From Candidatus Bathyarchaeia archaeon (GTDB taxonomy: Archaea > Thermoproteota > Bathyarchaeia > Bathyarchaeales > DTEX01): a stretch of 64,000 nucleotides of DNA. The notes under the pieces are model-generated. The model saw nothing but the letters and a program-made list of their open reading frames with translations. It did no database searches and had not been told where the DNA came from. Made by a program: the position numbers and the translations under genes. How positions within the stretch are numbered: position 1 is the first letter of the stretch; every line of letters starts with the position of its first letter. Positions 29,649 to 38,819 of this stretch are shown one piece after another. The stretch spans positions 3,117 through 67,116 of the forward strand of contig JAWBXL010000004.1 in NCBI GenBank assembly GCA_038867895.1. The letters are read 5' to 3'.

Positions 29649-30641
29649 TTAGATCTCTCCAGTCTTCTCTTCATTCATGGATATCTCCTCTAATGGGAGA
29701 ACCTGCCTAGGCTCATAGACAACCAATCCTTGGGCGAGTCTCCTTAATGTTGGGAGAATTTCTAGGAACTGGTTTTTATCTATCACTGTATTTACGGAGT
29801 ACCAGTTTTCGTCTGCTAGGGGCGCTATCGTCGGCTTTTTGAGGGCTGGAAGCTTCTCTAGAAGCTGTGGGAGATTATCCTTGTGTACGTTAACGAATAT
29901 GTGCAGTTTCTTTTTGCCGTCAATTGCACCCTTTAGGAGGGTTAGGACGTCATATATTTTCTCACGCTTCTCCGGATCCTTGAGGGAACCCCTATTCGCT
30001 ATCAGCATCGCTGAGGACTCCATTATAACTTCAACCGGCTTTAAATTGTTCCGCTCAAGAGACTCGCCGGTCTCCATCACGTCGATTATTGCGTCTGCCT
30101 CCTCCGGGGGCTTGGCCTCGGTTGCCCCGAAGGAGAGATACAATGCAACCCTGTAGTTCTCACCTTTCCTCCACCATGGTGTAACCATCAATGGCTCCTT
30201 ATCGCCATAAAGCCTTCTATAAGCTGGATCATTCATTAGATACTCGGCTGAAACATTAAGGTACTCCGTTGATATCCTTAGAATTCTGTCTTCCCGGCTG
30301 AACTTCTCAAGTAGGCTTGAGAGATCCTTCACGTCGGTCCAGACTTTTGGAACTGCCAGGACGAGCTTAACCCCACCGTACTCAAGGTTTAATAGGACCT
30401 CCACGTCTACGCGCGCCTCTCTTATCCAGTCTATCCCGGTTATGCCTATGTCATGAAGCCCATCTGCGACGAGCATTGGTATCTCCTGTGGCCTGAGGAT
30501 CTTCAGCTCTATCTTCGGGTCGTTTATTGAGGGTCTATATGAGCGGTCTGCGCCCGATATAACGTAGCCAGCCCTCTCCAGCAGCTTGAAGGCGCCGTCG
30601 GCAAGGTGTCCCTTTGGTATAGCAAAACTAATCTTGCTCAT
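29649..30641 (-). CDS. hisG: ATP phosphoribosyltransferase, long form with C-terminal regulatory domain
   Basis: FAIPKGHL at the N-terminus. At 330 aa it has a HisG_C-like tail. It is the first gene of the his operon. Confidence 0.85.
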   Translation of the reverse strand: MSKISFAIPKGHLADGAFKLLERAGYVISGADRSYRPSINDPKIELKILRPQEIPMLVADGLHDIGITGIDWIREARVDVEVLLNLEYGGVKLVLAVPKVWTDVKDLSSLLEKFSREDRILRISTEYLNVSAEYLMNDPAYRRLYGDKEPLMVTPWWRKGENYRVALYLSFGATEAKPPEEADAIIDVMETGESLERNNLKPVEVIMESSAMLIANRGSLKDPEKREKIYDVLTLLKGAIDGKKKLHIFVNVHKDNLPQLLEKLPALKKPTIAPLADENWYSVNTVIDKNQFLEILPTLRRLAQGLVVYEPRQVLPLEEISMNEEKTGEI

Positions 30642-30956
30642 AATAGGTCACCATCATTTCCATCATCTTATCTGTTAATATGTGCCAAAAATTATGCATA
30701 GACAATAATGTCTTTCTGAGGGAAGAGAATACGCTAATAAAAGTGAATACGTTCACCTGACAATCCTTGCACCACAAGTAAAGATGTAAACAATGGCTTT
30801 CTATATAAATTTTATCCCTTAAACCTTAAACTTTGAACTTTAGACTTTTGTTTCAGAAACTACCTCTCCCTCTAGGGAGAATTATTTTATATTACTCTGC
30901 CAGCCGGGGGTCTAGATTTTATGCTTATAAAATTTCAGCCGTTGAAGTTGATTTAG

Positions 30957-31241
30957 CTATAAGCCCTTAGGTTCGACTATGTCGCCCGTGGCCTTTAGAA
31001 CCCATATGCACTCTTTTTCGGCTCTCTCGGTTAGGTCTGGCATGGCTAGGCTTGTGTAAACGACCCTAAGTATTTTTGGTCTCAGCCTGTCTTGGTATAG
31101 GTTTCTAAGCGTATCTGGTTTGCTGTTTAGTTCGTCTATGATGTTTTGGTATGCTCTAACGGGTGCCTCACCTATAACGCATAATCCTTCTGTAGCCCCG
31201 TGGATGCTCAGATTTAGCTCTGGTAGGGTTTGGGTGTTATT
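30957..31241 (-). other. start-less stop-free frame (94 codons), possible 5'-truncated gene remnant
   Basis: My translation gives NNTQTLPELNLSIHGATEGLCVIGEAPVRAYQNIIDELNSKPDTLRNLYQDRLRPKILRVVYTSLAMPDLTERAEKECIWVLKATGDIVEPKGL*. The only ATG/GTG/TTG is 28 codons from the end. Confidence 0.25.
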
Positions 31242-31336
31242 TTAATATTATAGCATAATTTAATGATCCGAAAACTCTCTGAGAAAAATTTCAATAAAAT
31301 AAAAAATAGGGAGTGGTGTTATGTTGCTTTATGCCA

Positions 31337-33607
31337 TTATGGTAATGTATCCCAGAAGCTTCTGTCTGCTGTTTTCTGTGCGGTTTTCGGATCAGCTGGG
31401 CCCGGATATACGCCTTCGGGTAGCGGTAATGTGTCACCTGAACTATTGAATTCTTCAAGGGCCTTAGCAACGCTTAGAATCAAGGTTCTATTGTCACTAG
31501 CGAAGGCTTCTTTCCCTTTAGCGACGAGACTTGCTCCTGTGCCTAGGTCATCGTCTCCGAAGGCTTGGACATTGAGTATAGCCGCAACCAATTGCTGAAG
31601 CAGTTGCATCCTGGCCTGATCAAGCAAACTCCTCCTAGTCTTACCATCAGATTTATATGGAATGCTCGACCAGAAGGCGCCAAAGAGACTACCTGTATTA
31701 TTGATTTCTTTTGAACCTATAGTTTTATTTTCTATGCCCTGCCAAGTGCTCCACGTGAAATTATAATGGGTTGCCCAGAAACCTTGAGTTCTCGTGATAA
31801 TCTTAGTGTTGCCAAAGTTATTTCCTTCACTAATCTCTCCAGATCGCAGAGTGACAGTTAATTCTTTAGAAGTTGTACTTCTCCAATATTTTTCCAGAAC
31901 CTCCACAATAGTGTAGTTTCCAGCATCCAGCCCATCAAAGCAGTAGTATCCATTTTCATCTGTGGTTGTCTCAATACATGTGCCATTTTCATAGTAGAGC
32001 CGTATCTTAATGCCTTTAACACCGGGTTCGCCATCATCCCATACACCATTCACGTTGGCGTCATAGAATTTGTATCCGCATATCTTAGCAACCAAGTCTA
32101 CTGAGGCGGTCGCATTAGCCGAGACAACTAGGCCTAAGGCATCCTCACCCTCTACAGTAACCGTGTTCACTAGCGGATCTGGATCTCCAACTTTAACAGT
32201 ATATGTTAGCGTAAAGATTTCGCCTTCGCCTACACCTAGTTCCTCGATGGTCAGCGGTTCTTCCAATAATAATGTATCTGTGACGTTCACGTTGTATAGT
32301 GGGCAGTCGCCGATGTTAGTCACATTAATGGTGTATTCGATTACGTTCCCGGCGTAAGCCCTAGTAACATTAGCAACCTTAGTAACGTTTATGGCTGGAT
32401 GGAGAATGTCAACAGTCCATGAAGCGCTGTCAGAAACCTCCTTGCCTAGTGGGTCTACTCCTGTGGCGTTAGCCGTGTTCTCTGTTGGATCTTCAGTCGG
32501 CTGAATAGTGACTATCTCTTCATGTTTTTCGCCTGGCTTAAGCGTTCCAGTCCAGCTTATGCCGAGTAGTTCATCCTCAAGCGTGACGTCAAGATCGCAG
32601 TCGCCTGTGTTAACAACCGTAACATTATATTCAACCCAGTCTCCACCATGAATCATGGTCACATTAGCCGTCTTAATAACATCTATGCTCGGATGGAGAA
32701 CATCAACAGTCCATGTATCCCATGCTGATACGCCTTGATCGCAGTATACTGTTGCATTATTTATCAGCGGGTCCGGATCAGTACCCTTAACAGTATAGTC
32801 ATAGTGGACTAGAATCCAATGGTTCAGATCTAATGCGTCAGTAACATCGATTGTTCCAGTAACATTATCATCTATGCGTATGTTGGTTAACTGGACGTTC
32901 CCAGTATTAGTCACATTATAATAATATCTTATTGTGTCGCCGACATGAGCCATGGTTGTATTAGCGGTCTTCCAGATATTTATGGAAGGATACTCTTGTG
33001 GCGGCGCGGCTGGTTTAACTTTAACTGTAACTGGAACATCCCTATGTCCTTGACTTATACTTGTGGAAGGATCCGATGTTATACTATGTATGTGTACATG
33101 AACCTTTGATCCTGGATAGTTGTGCGCGCCTTCAGCGATATGCGCCTCGAAATAAAGTGTGCAATTGTCACCCTTATTAATCGTGAAATTCCAGCTGAAT
33201 TGGAGCTGCTGTATACCGCTCTCCCACTCATTGGGTGATGGACCAGCGATGGATGGAGCCACGTGATCACCATTTCTCCACATCATGAAATTTCTGGTGT
33301 CATTTAATGCGTAATAGGAACCATCATAGTAGTCAAGGTGAACCGTCACATTTAGGTTGTAAGATCCCTCTTCATCGCTTGTAATCTCTATTTTGAATGG
33401 AATCCAGTCACCCTCATAATATCCTTTAACATCACCATGAGTCCACTCCGGTGTAGGGGTAAGAGTATAACCCCACAGCTTTGGAGTTATTGCTCCAGCC
33501 CTAACGGGTACCGAGAATGCTGCCAGCATTGATGCTGCCAAGACCGATACTATCAATAGCCCAATAAACTTGCTCCTCATATTTTTAATTTTTCCTCCCT
33601 CTTTCAT
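31337..33607 (-). CDS. secreted or surface-associated repeat protein (DUF11-like repeats plus SdrD B-like/CnaB-like domain), probably N-glycosylated
   Basis: An N-terminal signal/TM segment (FIGLLIVSVLAASMLAAFSVPVRA). Three repeats of type HP(S/A)I(D/N)V.K.ANVT...Y.(V/I)NVTN(T/I)GDC. CGYKFYDANVNGVWDDGEPGVKGIKIRLY...TDENGYYCFDGLDAGNYTIVE. I count about 23 NxS/T sequons. The start may be M10 (33580). Confidence 0.8.
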   Translation of the reverse strand: MKEGGKIKNMRSKFIGLLIVSVLAASMLAAFSVPVRAGAITPKLWGYTLTPTPEWTHGDVKGYYEGDWIPFKIEITSDEEGSYNLNVTVHLDYYDGSYYALNDTRNFMMWRNGDHVAPSIAGPSPNEWESGIQQLQFSWNFTINKGDNCTLYFEAHIAEGAHNYPGSKVHVHIHSITSDPSTSISQGHRDVPVTVKVKPAAPPQEYPSINIWKTANTTMAHVGDTIRYYYNVTNTGNVQLTNIRIDDNVTGTIDVTDALDLNHWILVHYDYTVKGTDPDPLINNATVYCDQGVSAWDTWTVDVLHPSIDVIKTANVTMIHGGDWVEYNVTVVNTGDCDLDVTLEDELLGISWTGTLKPGEKHEEIVTIQPTEDPTENTANATGVDPLGKEVSDSASWTVDILHPAINVTKVANVTRAYAGNVIEYTINVTNIGDCPLYNVNVTDTLLLEEPLTIEELGVGEGEIFTLTYTVKVGDPDPLVNTVTVEGEDALGLVVSANATASVDLVAKICGYKFYDANVNGVWDDGEPGVKGIKIRLYYENGTCIETTTDENGYYCFDGLDAGNYTIVEVLEKYWRSTTSKELTVTLRSGEISEGNNFGNTKIITRTQGFWATHYNFTWSTWQGIENKTIGSKEINNTGSLFGAFWSSIPYKSDGKTRRSLLDQARMQLLQQLVAAILNVQAFGDDDLGTGASLVAKGKEAFASDNRTLILSVAKALEEFNSSGDTLPLPEGVYPGPADPKTAQKTADRSFWDTLP

Positions 33608-33637
33608 TTATTTTTCCAACTGGTTTGAGACCTCCTT

Positions 33638-33865
33638 TTAGCCCTCTTCTGTCTTTTTGAGCTTCTCTTTTTCATGCTTGATCTTCTCTAGGCAGGCTTC
33701 CCGGACGAAGGCTGAGCGGCTAGGCCAGTAGCCGAGCTCCTCGATTAGGCGGTCGATCTCCCCAAGTATATTGATGGGGATTGAGACAACGCCGAAGGTG
33801 ACGCGTGCCCTCCGCCCAGCCTCGCCATTATTCTTATCCTCATCCTCCGGATCTACGGCAATCAA
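33638..33865 (-). CDS. ribbon-helix-helix (CopG-like) DNA-binding protein
   Basis: VSIPINILGEIDRLIEELGYWPSRSAFVREA is an RHH pattern. It lies 30 nt upstream of the surface protein gene on the same strand. Confidence 0.6.
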   Translation of the reverse strand: MIAVDPEDEDKNNGEAGRRARVTFGVVSIPINILGEIDRLIEELGYWPSRSAFVREACLEKIKHEKEKLKKTEEG

Positions 33866-34097
33866 TGATTTTTTTACCTCATGGGCTAGAACCCCAGACC
33901 GCAGAGAACAGCCGGAGGTCTAACCATAGATAATAAATCTATATTTGTAGCATATATGCTTTTTCCATAATTATGTATAATCATATATAATATAGTGATC
34001 AATCTGGCGGGAAGAAAGAAAAATTAACAAGAACATTTAACATTGAGACTAAATTTCCATTTGAGTGGTGATTACCTGTCATCCTCGACATAGCCGA

Positions 34098-35052
34098 TTA
34101 TGAGCCTCCGCTTCTGAGCGGTTTCCATTCTTCTTCAATATTGGTTCTCTCAGAGACCACGATAAGCCTCCCTGAGCTCGCCACATATGTCATCTGCATC
34201 CCAGGCTGATCACCATAGCATAGTGATCTAATAGCCCCATCATCAGTAACCCTTAAAACCGCTTTAACCCAACCAGCGTATCCAGAGAACCTCCCGATGA
34301 TCATCTAATATCTCACACCAAGACTTAACAGGCTCAAACTCCACCTTTATCCTCCGCCTAGAAAGGCTGTCATAGAAGACCCCATAAATCATCTTCCGAC
34401 GCTGATGCCAAAGAAACTCTTTTGGGCTCATGTTCTTGAAGCGCCAGACCTTACCCTCAATAGCGCTTTCACCCGCAAACTCATTCTGAGGGGTGAACCC
34501 CGCTGGCCACATAAATCGCTTAGTCTATCGCGAAGCTTCCTCAAGCATTCTCCACCATAAACGATTATGTCAAGGTCAGAAAACTTTGGGTTATGGAAGC
34601 CATAGAGAAGCGAGCCGAAAACGCCGAAATCTTCTAGCGAGAACCCCTGGCCCTCAATGAGCAGCGCAAGGACCCTTTGAAGAGAACGAATCAAATCATC
34701 GGTCTGATCTAATCCAATAAGTCTTCGGAGACCCTCACAGGGCCTCCTAAACCTCTCTAATGGCCTCATATCTCACCCCAATAACCCTCCTACCTAGAGG
34801 CCTATAATCCAGCATGTACTTAGGATATCTTTCCGATAGTAATCTCCATCCCTCATCCCCATAAAACTTGTAGAAGACTGTCTTTCCATCGCTTCTGAAT
34901 GCCTTTGGATTACTTGATCGATAGATTTCTGAGGGGGCATACTCGACATCACATATATAACCATTTGAGGGATGAGAGTAGCCTAAAACCCTAAAGATGA
35001 GGCCCTCAGGGGTAATTATTGCGTCGCGGTCTCTAAGCCTTATATGGGCCAA
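34098..35052 (-). pseudogene. frameshifted paralog of the upstream nucleotidyltransferase gene (four fragments, three frame changes)
   Basis: Fragments 34747-35052, 34428-34769, 34264-34512 and 34098-34304 alternate between two frames. Together they align to the neighbour: IITPEGLIFRVLGYSHP ~ LLTSEDFIFSVFGYEHP; LEDFGVFGSLLYGFHNPKFSDLDIIVYGG ~ LEDFGLHGSIALNMHSGESDIDIVVYGG. Confidence 0.65.
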
Positions 35053-36068
35053 ATGTACTCTTCCCCGCCGCCAGCAGTTCCAACAACAACTTGATGGAAG
35101 AGCCCGCCGCTTAAAGTATCCTCAACGCGCTCAAGAACCCCGGAAACCATAATTCTATCTCCTCTCCTCGCAACATTCCTATAACATCCAATCATTGAAA
35201 CAACCCTTCTTGGAACCATCTCGCCCGGAAGCTCCGAGCTATACTCGAGCGGAGAATAATCTTCTATCTCATAGATTGCCGGGCGGAACATTGCTTCGCT
35301 ATCGTCTTTAATCCTACACTTAAACCTAACTGGCTTTATAGGCGTATAACGATACTGGCCATATCTAACATTCACCTCCTCAGGCTTTCGGACGGCAGTA
35401 TACATGAAGAGCCTATCCCCATATCTAAGCCTGTATTTCCTCGCAGCATCCAACCTATTCTTAAAGATATATTGGAGTAAGCCCTCCTCAGCCATTCTCT
35501 TCACGGCGGCTTCAACCTTCCTAAAGTTGCCCCCACCATACACGACGATGTCTATATCAGACTCCCCGCTATGCATGTTTAGGGCTATAGATCCATGCAA
35601 GCCGAAGTCCTCAAGAGGAACATTAGATGCACCTGAAATAAGCATTATAAGGTCTAAAGCCATCTCCTGGAGCCTATCCCTGCCCGTCTTCTTAAGAAGG
35701 GCCTGTAGACAGACTCTTGGTACAAAAACTTTTCTGACATGACTGAGTGGAACACTGATGATCTCCTTACCCCTAAATGGACAGAAGTAAACGTAGTTGG
35801 GGAAACTCGATTTTAAAGTTTTTATAAGCATTTTATAGTTGTCGGCGGTGTAGAGCTTCTCGGCGCGGAGAAACTCGATCCCGCAGCACTTCCACCTTCT
35901 TTCCAGTAAGCGAATATTAAATAGGTCTTTAAACCTTGAGGGAATATACTTGAGGAAAGAAAAGACACGACCTTCCGGATGCTCGTAACCAAACACGCTA
36001 AAGATAAAATCTTCACTAGTTAATAGTATATCTCCATCCATGGGAGGCAATTTCTTAGTGGATACCAT
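35040..36068 (-). CDS. archaeal Pol-beta-type nucleotidyltransferase with N-terminal and C-terminal (OB-like?) domains (COG1665-like by recollection)
   Basis: The NTase motif GLHGSIALNMHSGESDIDIVVYGG. The length is 342 aa. The next copy overlaps its stop by 13 nt. Confidence 0.6.
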   Translation of the reverse strand: MVSTKKLPPMDGDILLTSEDFIFSVFGYEHPEGRVFSFLKYIPSRFKDLFNIRLLERRWKCCGIEFLRAEKLYTADNYKMLIKTLKSSFPNYVYFCPFRGKEIISVPLSHVRKVFVPRVCLQALLKKTGRDRLQEMALDLIMLISGASNVPLEDFGLHGSIALNMHSGESDIDIVVYGGGNFRKVEAAVKRMAEEGLLQYIFKNRLDAARKYRLRYGDRLFMYTAVRKPEEVNVRYGQYRYTPIKPVRFKCRIKDDSEAMFRPAIYEIEDYSPLEYSSELPGEMVPRRVVSMIGCYRNVARRGDRIMVSGVLERVEDTLSGGLFHQVVVGTAGGGEEYIWPI

Positions 36069-36344
36069 AGGGCATCAGCAACAATACCATGTAACCCACA
36101 ACAAATATTTATTCCTCCACATATTATACTCAAATCCTTTCTTCAGCGAGAAATAAACCTTTCACAGTTTTCAAATAACAGCTAACCTTTAATAAATAGG
36201 TGCTCTTTATTTAAGATTGTTGAATCCATGGCATTACCAGTGTTTCCGCAGAGATATTGCGGCTATTGATGGATGCCCCCATGCAAAAGATCACTAAAGA
36301 AGAGCAAGGGGATAATTAAGCGTGATCCCAGTTAAGGTGATAGA

Positions 36345-36560
36345 TTGGAGGAGAGGAAATTGGTATTGCAGACTTTTATGCTTATTTTAGTGGCGCTTAT
36401 ATTGTTTATTACAGTAGCATTATTTCTGATATCAATTCTGATCACTGGAACCCTTCTAGGGCTTGTTTTACTCGCCCTCTCATCTAAAAAAGCCGCTGTA
36501 ATACTGATTATCCTAGGGTCAATATTAATTATCTCTGGGGTTCTAGCACTATTACGCTGA
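36345..36560 (+). CDS. small membrane protein (71 aa, about 3 TM)
   Basis: TTG start with AGGTGAT 3 nt upstream. The protein is strongly hydrophobic. Confidence 0.5.
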   Translation: MEERKLVLQTFMLILVALILFITVALFLISILITGTLLGLVLLALSSKKAAVILIILGSILIISGVLALLR

Positions 36561-36606
36561 GAACAAGAATAGAACTAAGATTTCCCCTTGTGGTAGGACT
36601 CAATCT

Positions 36607-37488
36607 TTATCTCCCAGAGCCTCTCTTAGCTAAGCCCTCAATATACTCTTTTCTCTCTAGTTCCCTCAACCATTCAACCGGTATAGCTTCCACGCCATGG
36701 TATGCGCCCCCTATGGCCCCGGCCATAGCCCCAATAGTATCCACGTCGCCGCCGAGGCTCACGGCATATTCTAAAGCGCTCCTAAAGCTAGGAAGATTGC
36801 GTAGAAAATAATATATTGCAGTTGGGACAGAATTAAATGTCTCGAGACCATTCCCAAGCTCCCTAATAATAATAGACTTATTCTGCTCATTAAGCAAAAC
36901 ACGAACCTTCTTGAGCTTAAGCTTATAAACATCGCTTTTTTGTAATGCCTAAAAGCTCCTCAATAAAATCGTTTGGATTAATCCCCCTGCGTCTGTCGGA
37001 TCTAACAGCTAGGGCGACTGCGCACGCCTGTATGACGGTGCCCTCAATTCCAAGCTTATGCGCATAAGTTGTTATACTCTGATTGCAAGCAATCTCCACC
37101 AGCGTCTCCAGATCGTCAAAGTAGAGGCCAACCGGAGCAACCCTCATGGCAGCCCCATTTCCAAAGGAGCCCGCTCCGCCAAAAAGCCTTTTAGCAGCCT
37201 CATTCCATGGAACACCCGACTTAATCAGCCTAAAAACTCTTGGCGGGCCAATCGCATAGCCTCTCCAGGGCTCCTCTTCATAGTTTCTTATGAAGATCCA
37301 CGCCATATGGTCTCCATTGAAGCACCTGTTAGCGATGAGCGATTCAGCAACACTATCATCATATGCGTATCGTCACTCCACCTTCTACTGTAAGAGCCAA
37401 GCCAGTATCCATAACCCAATGCGTCACTAACAGCACAACCAAGCATGCACCCAATAAACTTGGATAACACGTTATTATCCAGCATCAA
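36607..37488 (-). pseudogene. ADP-ribosylglycohydrolase (DraG/ARH family) disrupted by two frameshifts
   Basis: There are three fragments: LGCAVSDALGYGY...SDDTHMM; (AESLIANRCFNGDH)MAWIF...GSFGNGAAMRVAP; and GGDVDTIGAMAGAIGGAYHG. The breaks lie near 37343-37356 and in the A-run at 36933-36943. The outer fragments share one frame. Confidence 0.7.
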
Positions 37489-37564
37489 ATGGTAAATTAA
37501 TTATAAACTTTAATTAATGATACCCTTAAAAATATAATTATAATCGCATGGGAGATTTCTTGAG

Positions 37565-38785
37565 TTGCCAGAAAGTTGGAGACAACAGATAAGGTATGGT
37601 TGGATTATAGTTGGTTTAAGCTTCGCAATGTTTTTTATGGCTTCAGGGGCGCAAATGGCTTTTCCAGTCTCGCTCGTCTCTATATCGAAAGAGATGGGCT
37701 GGGAAATATCTTCACTAGGCCAGGCTATGAGCATCTGCATGCTGGCTACGGGTCTCTCAATGCCAACAATTGGAAAAGTAACTGATAAGTATGGCCCCAG
37801 AATTGTCAGCTTGCTTGGATATACTATATCTGGAATAAGCACACTCCTCTTACCTTTTGTCTCAGCGATATGGCAAGTTTATCTACTTTATGGAGTTCTA
37901 TTAGGCTTCACTTGGCATAGCACTGGCATGGTTGCTTCAACAACCTTAATATCAATGTGGTTCACTAAGAAGAAAAGCTTACCCCTAAGCGTTTTCCAGT
38001 CCGCTTATCCGATTGGCTGGTTTTGCACAGCGCCTTTAATTGGGAGTCTCATACAATATTATGGATGGAGGGGTACGTGGCTTTTACTTGGCATAGCATT
38101 CATGTTGGTAGTTGCCATCTCAAGCTACTTTATCAGAGAGCCGGAAAAATCTTATATTAAGATCTTAGGCAGAGATGGATTGAATGAGAAGATCCATGTG
38201 AGAATAGCTGTAAAAACACGCTTTTTCATGATTATTGGAGTTATTATTATGTTTATGTGCGGATTTACGGATATACCCTTCGCTCAACTTTGGCTTCCAA
38301 TAAGCATTGAATGGGGAATAGGGGAGGTTGTAGCATCTTACGGGCTTGGGTATATGGCAGCAACGGCGTTTATTGGAACCATAGCTATAGGGTCGCTGCC
38401 AAAAAAACTTGGCTACAAGATGCCATTTACAATCTTTTATATAATTAGGGCCGTCGCTTTGGCGTTACCTCTATTCTTAGTAAAGTCAGTAGCGGCATAT
38501 TACATGTTTATAGTTTTATTGGGTCTAAGCTTCTTTGGGATGGCTCCAGTCTCTTCTGCTTGGATTGGGGAAGTATTTGGGGAAAAGATTTTAGGTGGGC
38601 TGCTTGGGCTCTCAGGGTTTATACATTTCGTAGGCTCTGCGCTCGGCATATACGTATTTACTATAATGAATAGCATTTATGGAACATATTATACAGCGTT
38701 TCTCACGAGTTTTGTTCTAGCATTAATAATACTTGTTTTTTGCTGCCTAATTAAATCGCCAAACCCCAAAAATATAAAAAACTAA
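37565..38785 (+). CDS. MFS transporter
   Basis: 406 aa with about 12 TM helices in a 6+6 layout with a central loop. TTG start. Confidence 0.75.
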   Translation: MPESWRQQIRYGWIIVGLSFAMFFMASGAQMAFPVSLVSISKEMGWEISSLGQAMSICMLATGLSMPTIGKVTDKYGPRIVSLLGYTISGISTLLLPFVSAIWQVYLLYGVLLGFTWHSTGMVASTTLISMWFTKKKSLPLSVFQSAYPIGWFCTAPLIGSLIQYYGWRGTWLLLGIAFMLVVAISSYFIREPEKSYIKILGRDGLNEKIHVRIAVKTRFFMIIGVIIMFMCGFTDIPFAQLWLPISIEWGIGEVVASYGLGYMAATAFIGTIAIGSLPKKLGYKMPFTIFYIIRAVALALPLFLVKSVAAYYMFIVLLGLSFFGMAPVSSAWIGEVFGEKILGGLLGLSGFIHFVGSALGIYVFTIMNSIYGTYYTAFLTSFVLALIILVFCCLIKSPNPKNIKN

Positions 38786-38819
38786 ATAAAGGGAAACTCC
38801 TTTCCTCTGAAGGATTTTC

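Noticed and set aside
30961-30990. tRNA-like GGTTCGACT motif
   Set aside because: No acceptor, D or anticodon arms can be drawn around it. It is not the GGTTCGAATCC T-arm consensus, and the region is not GC-rich like the other RNA gene.
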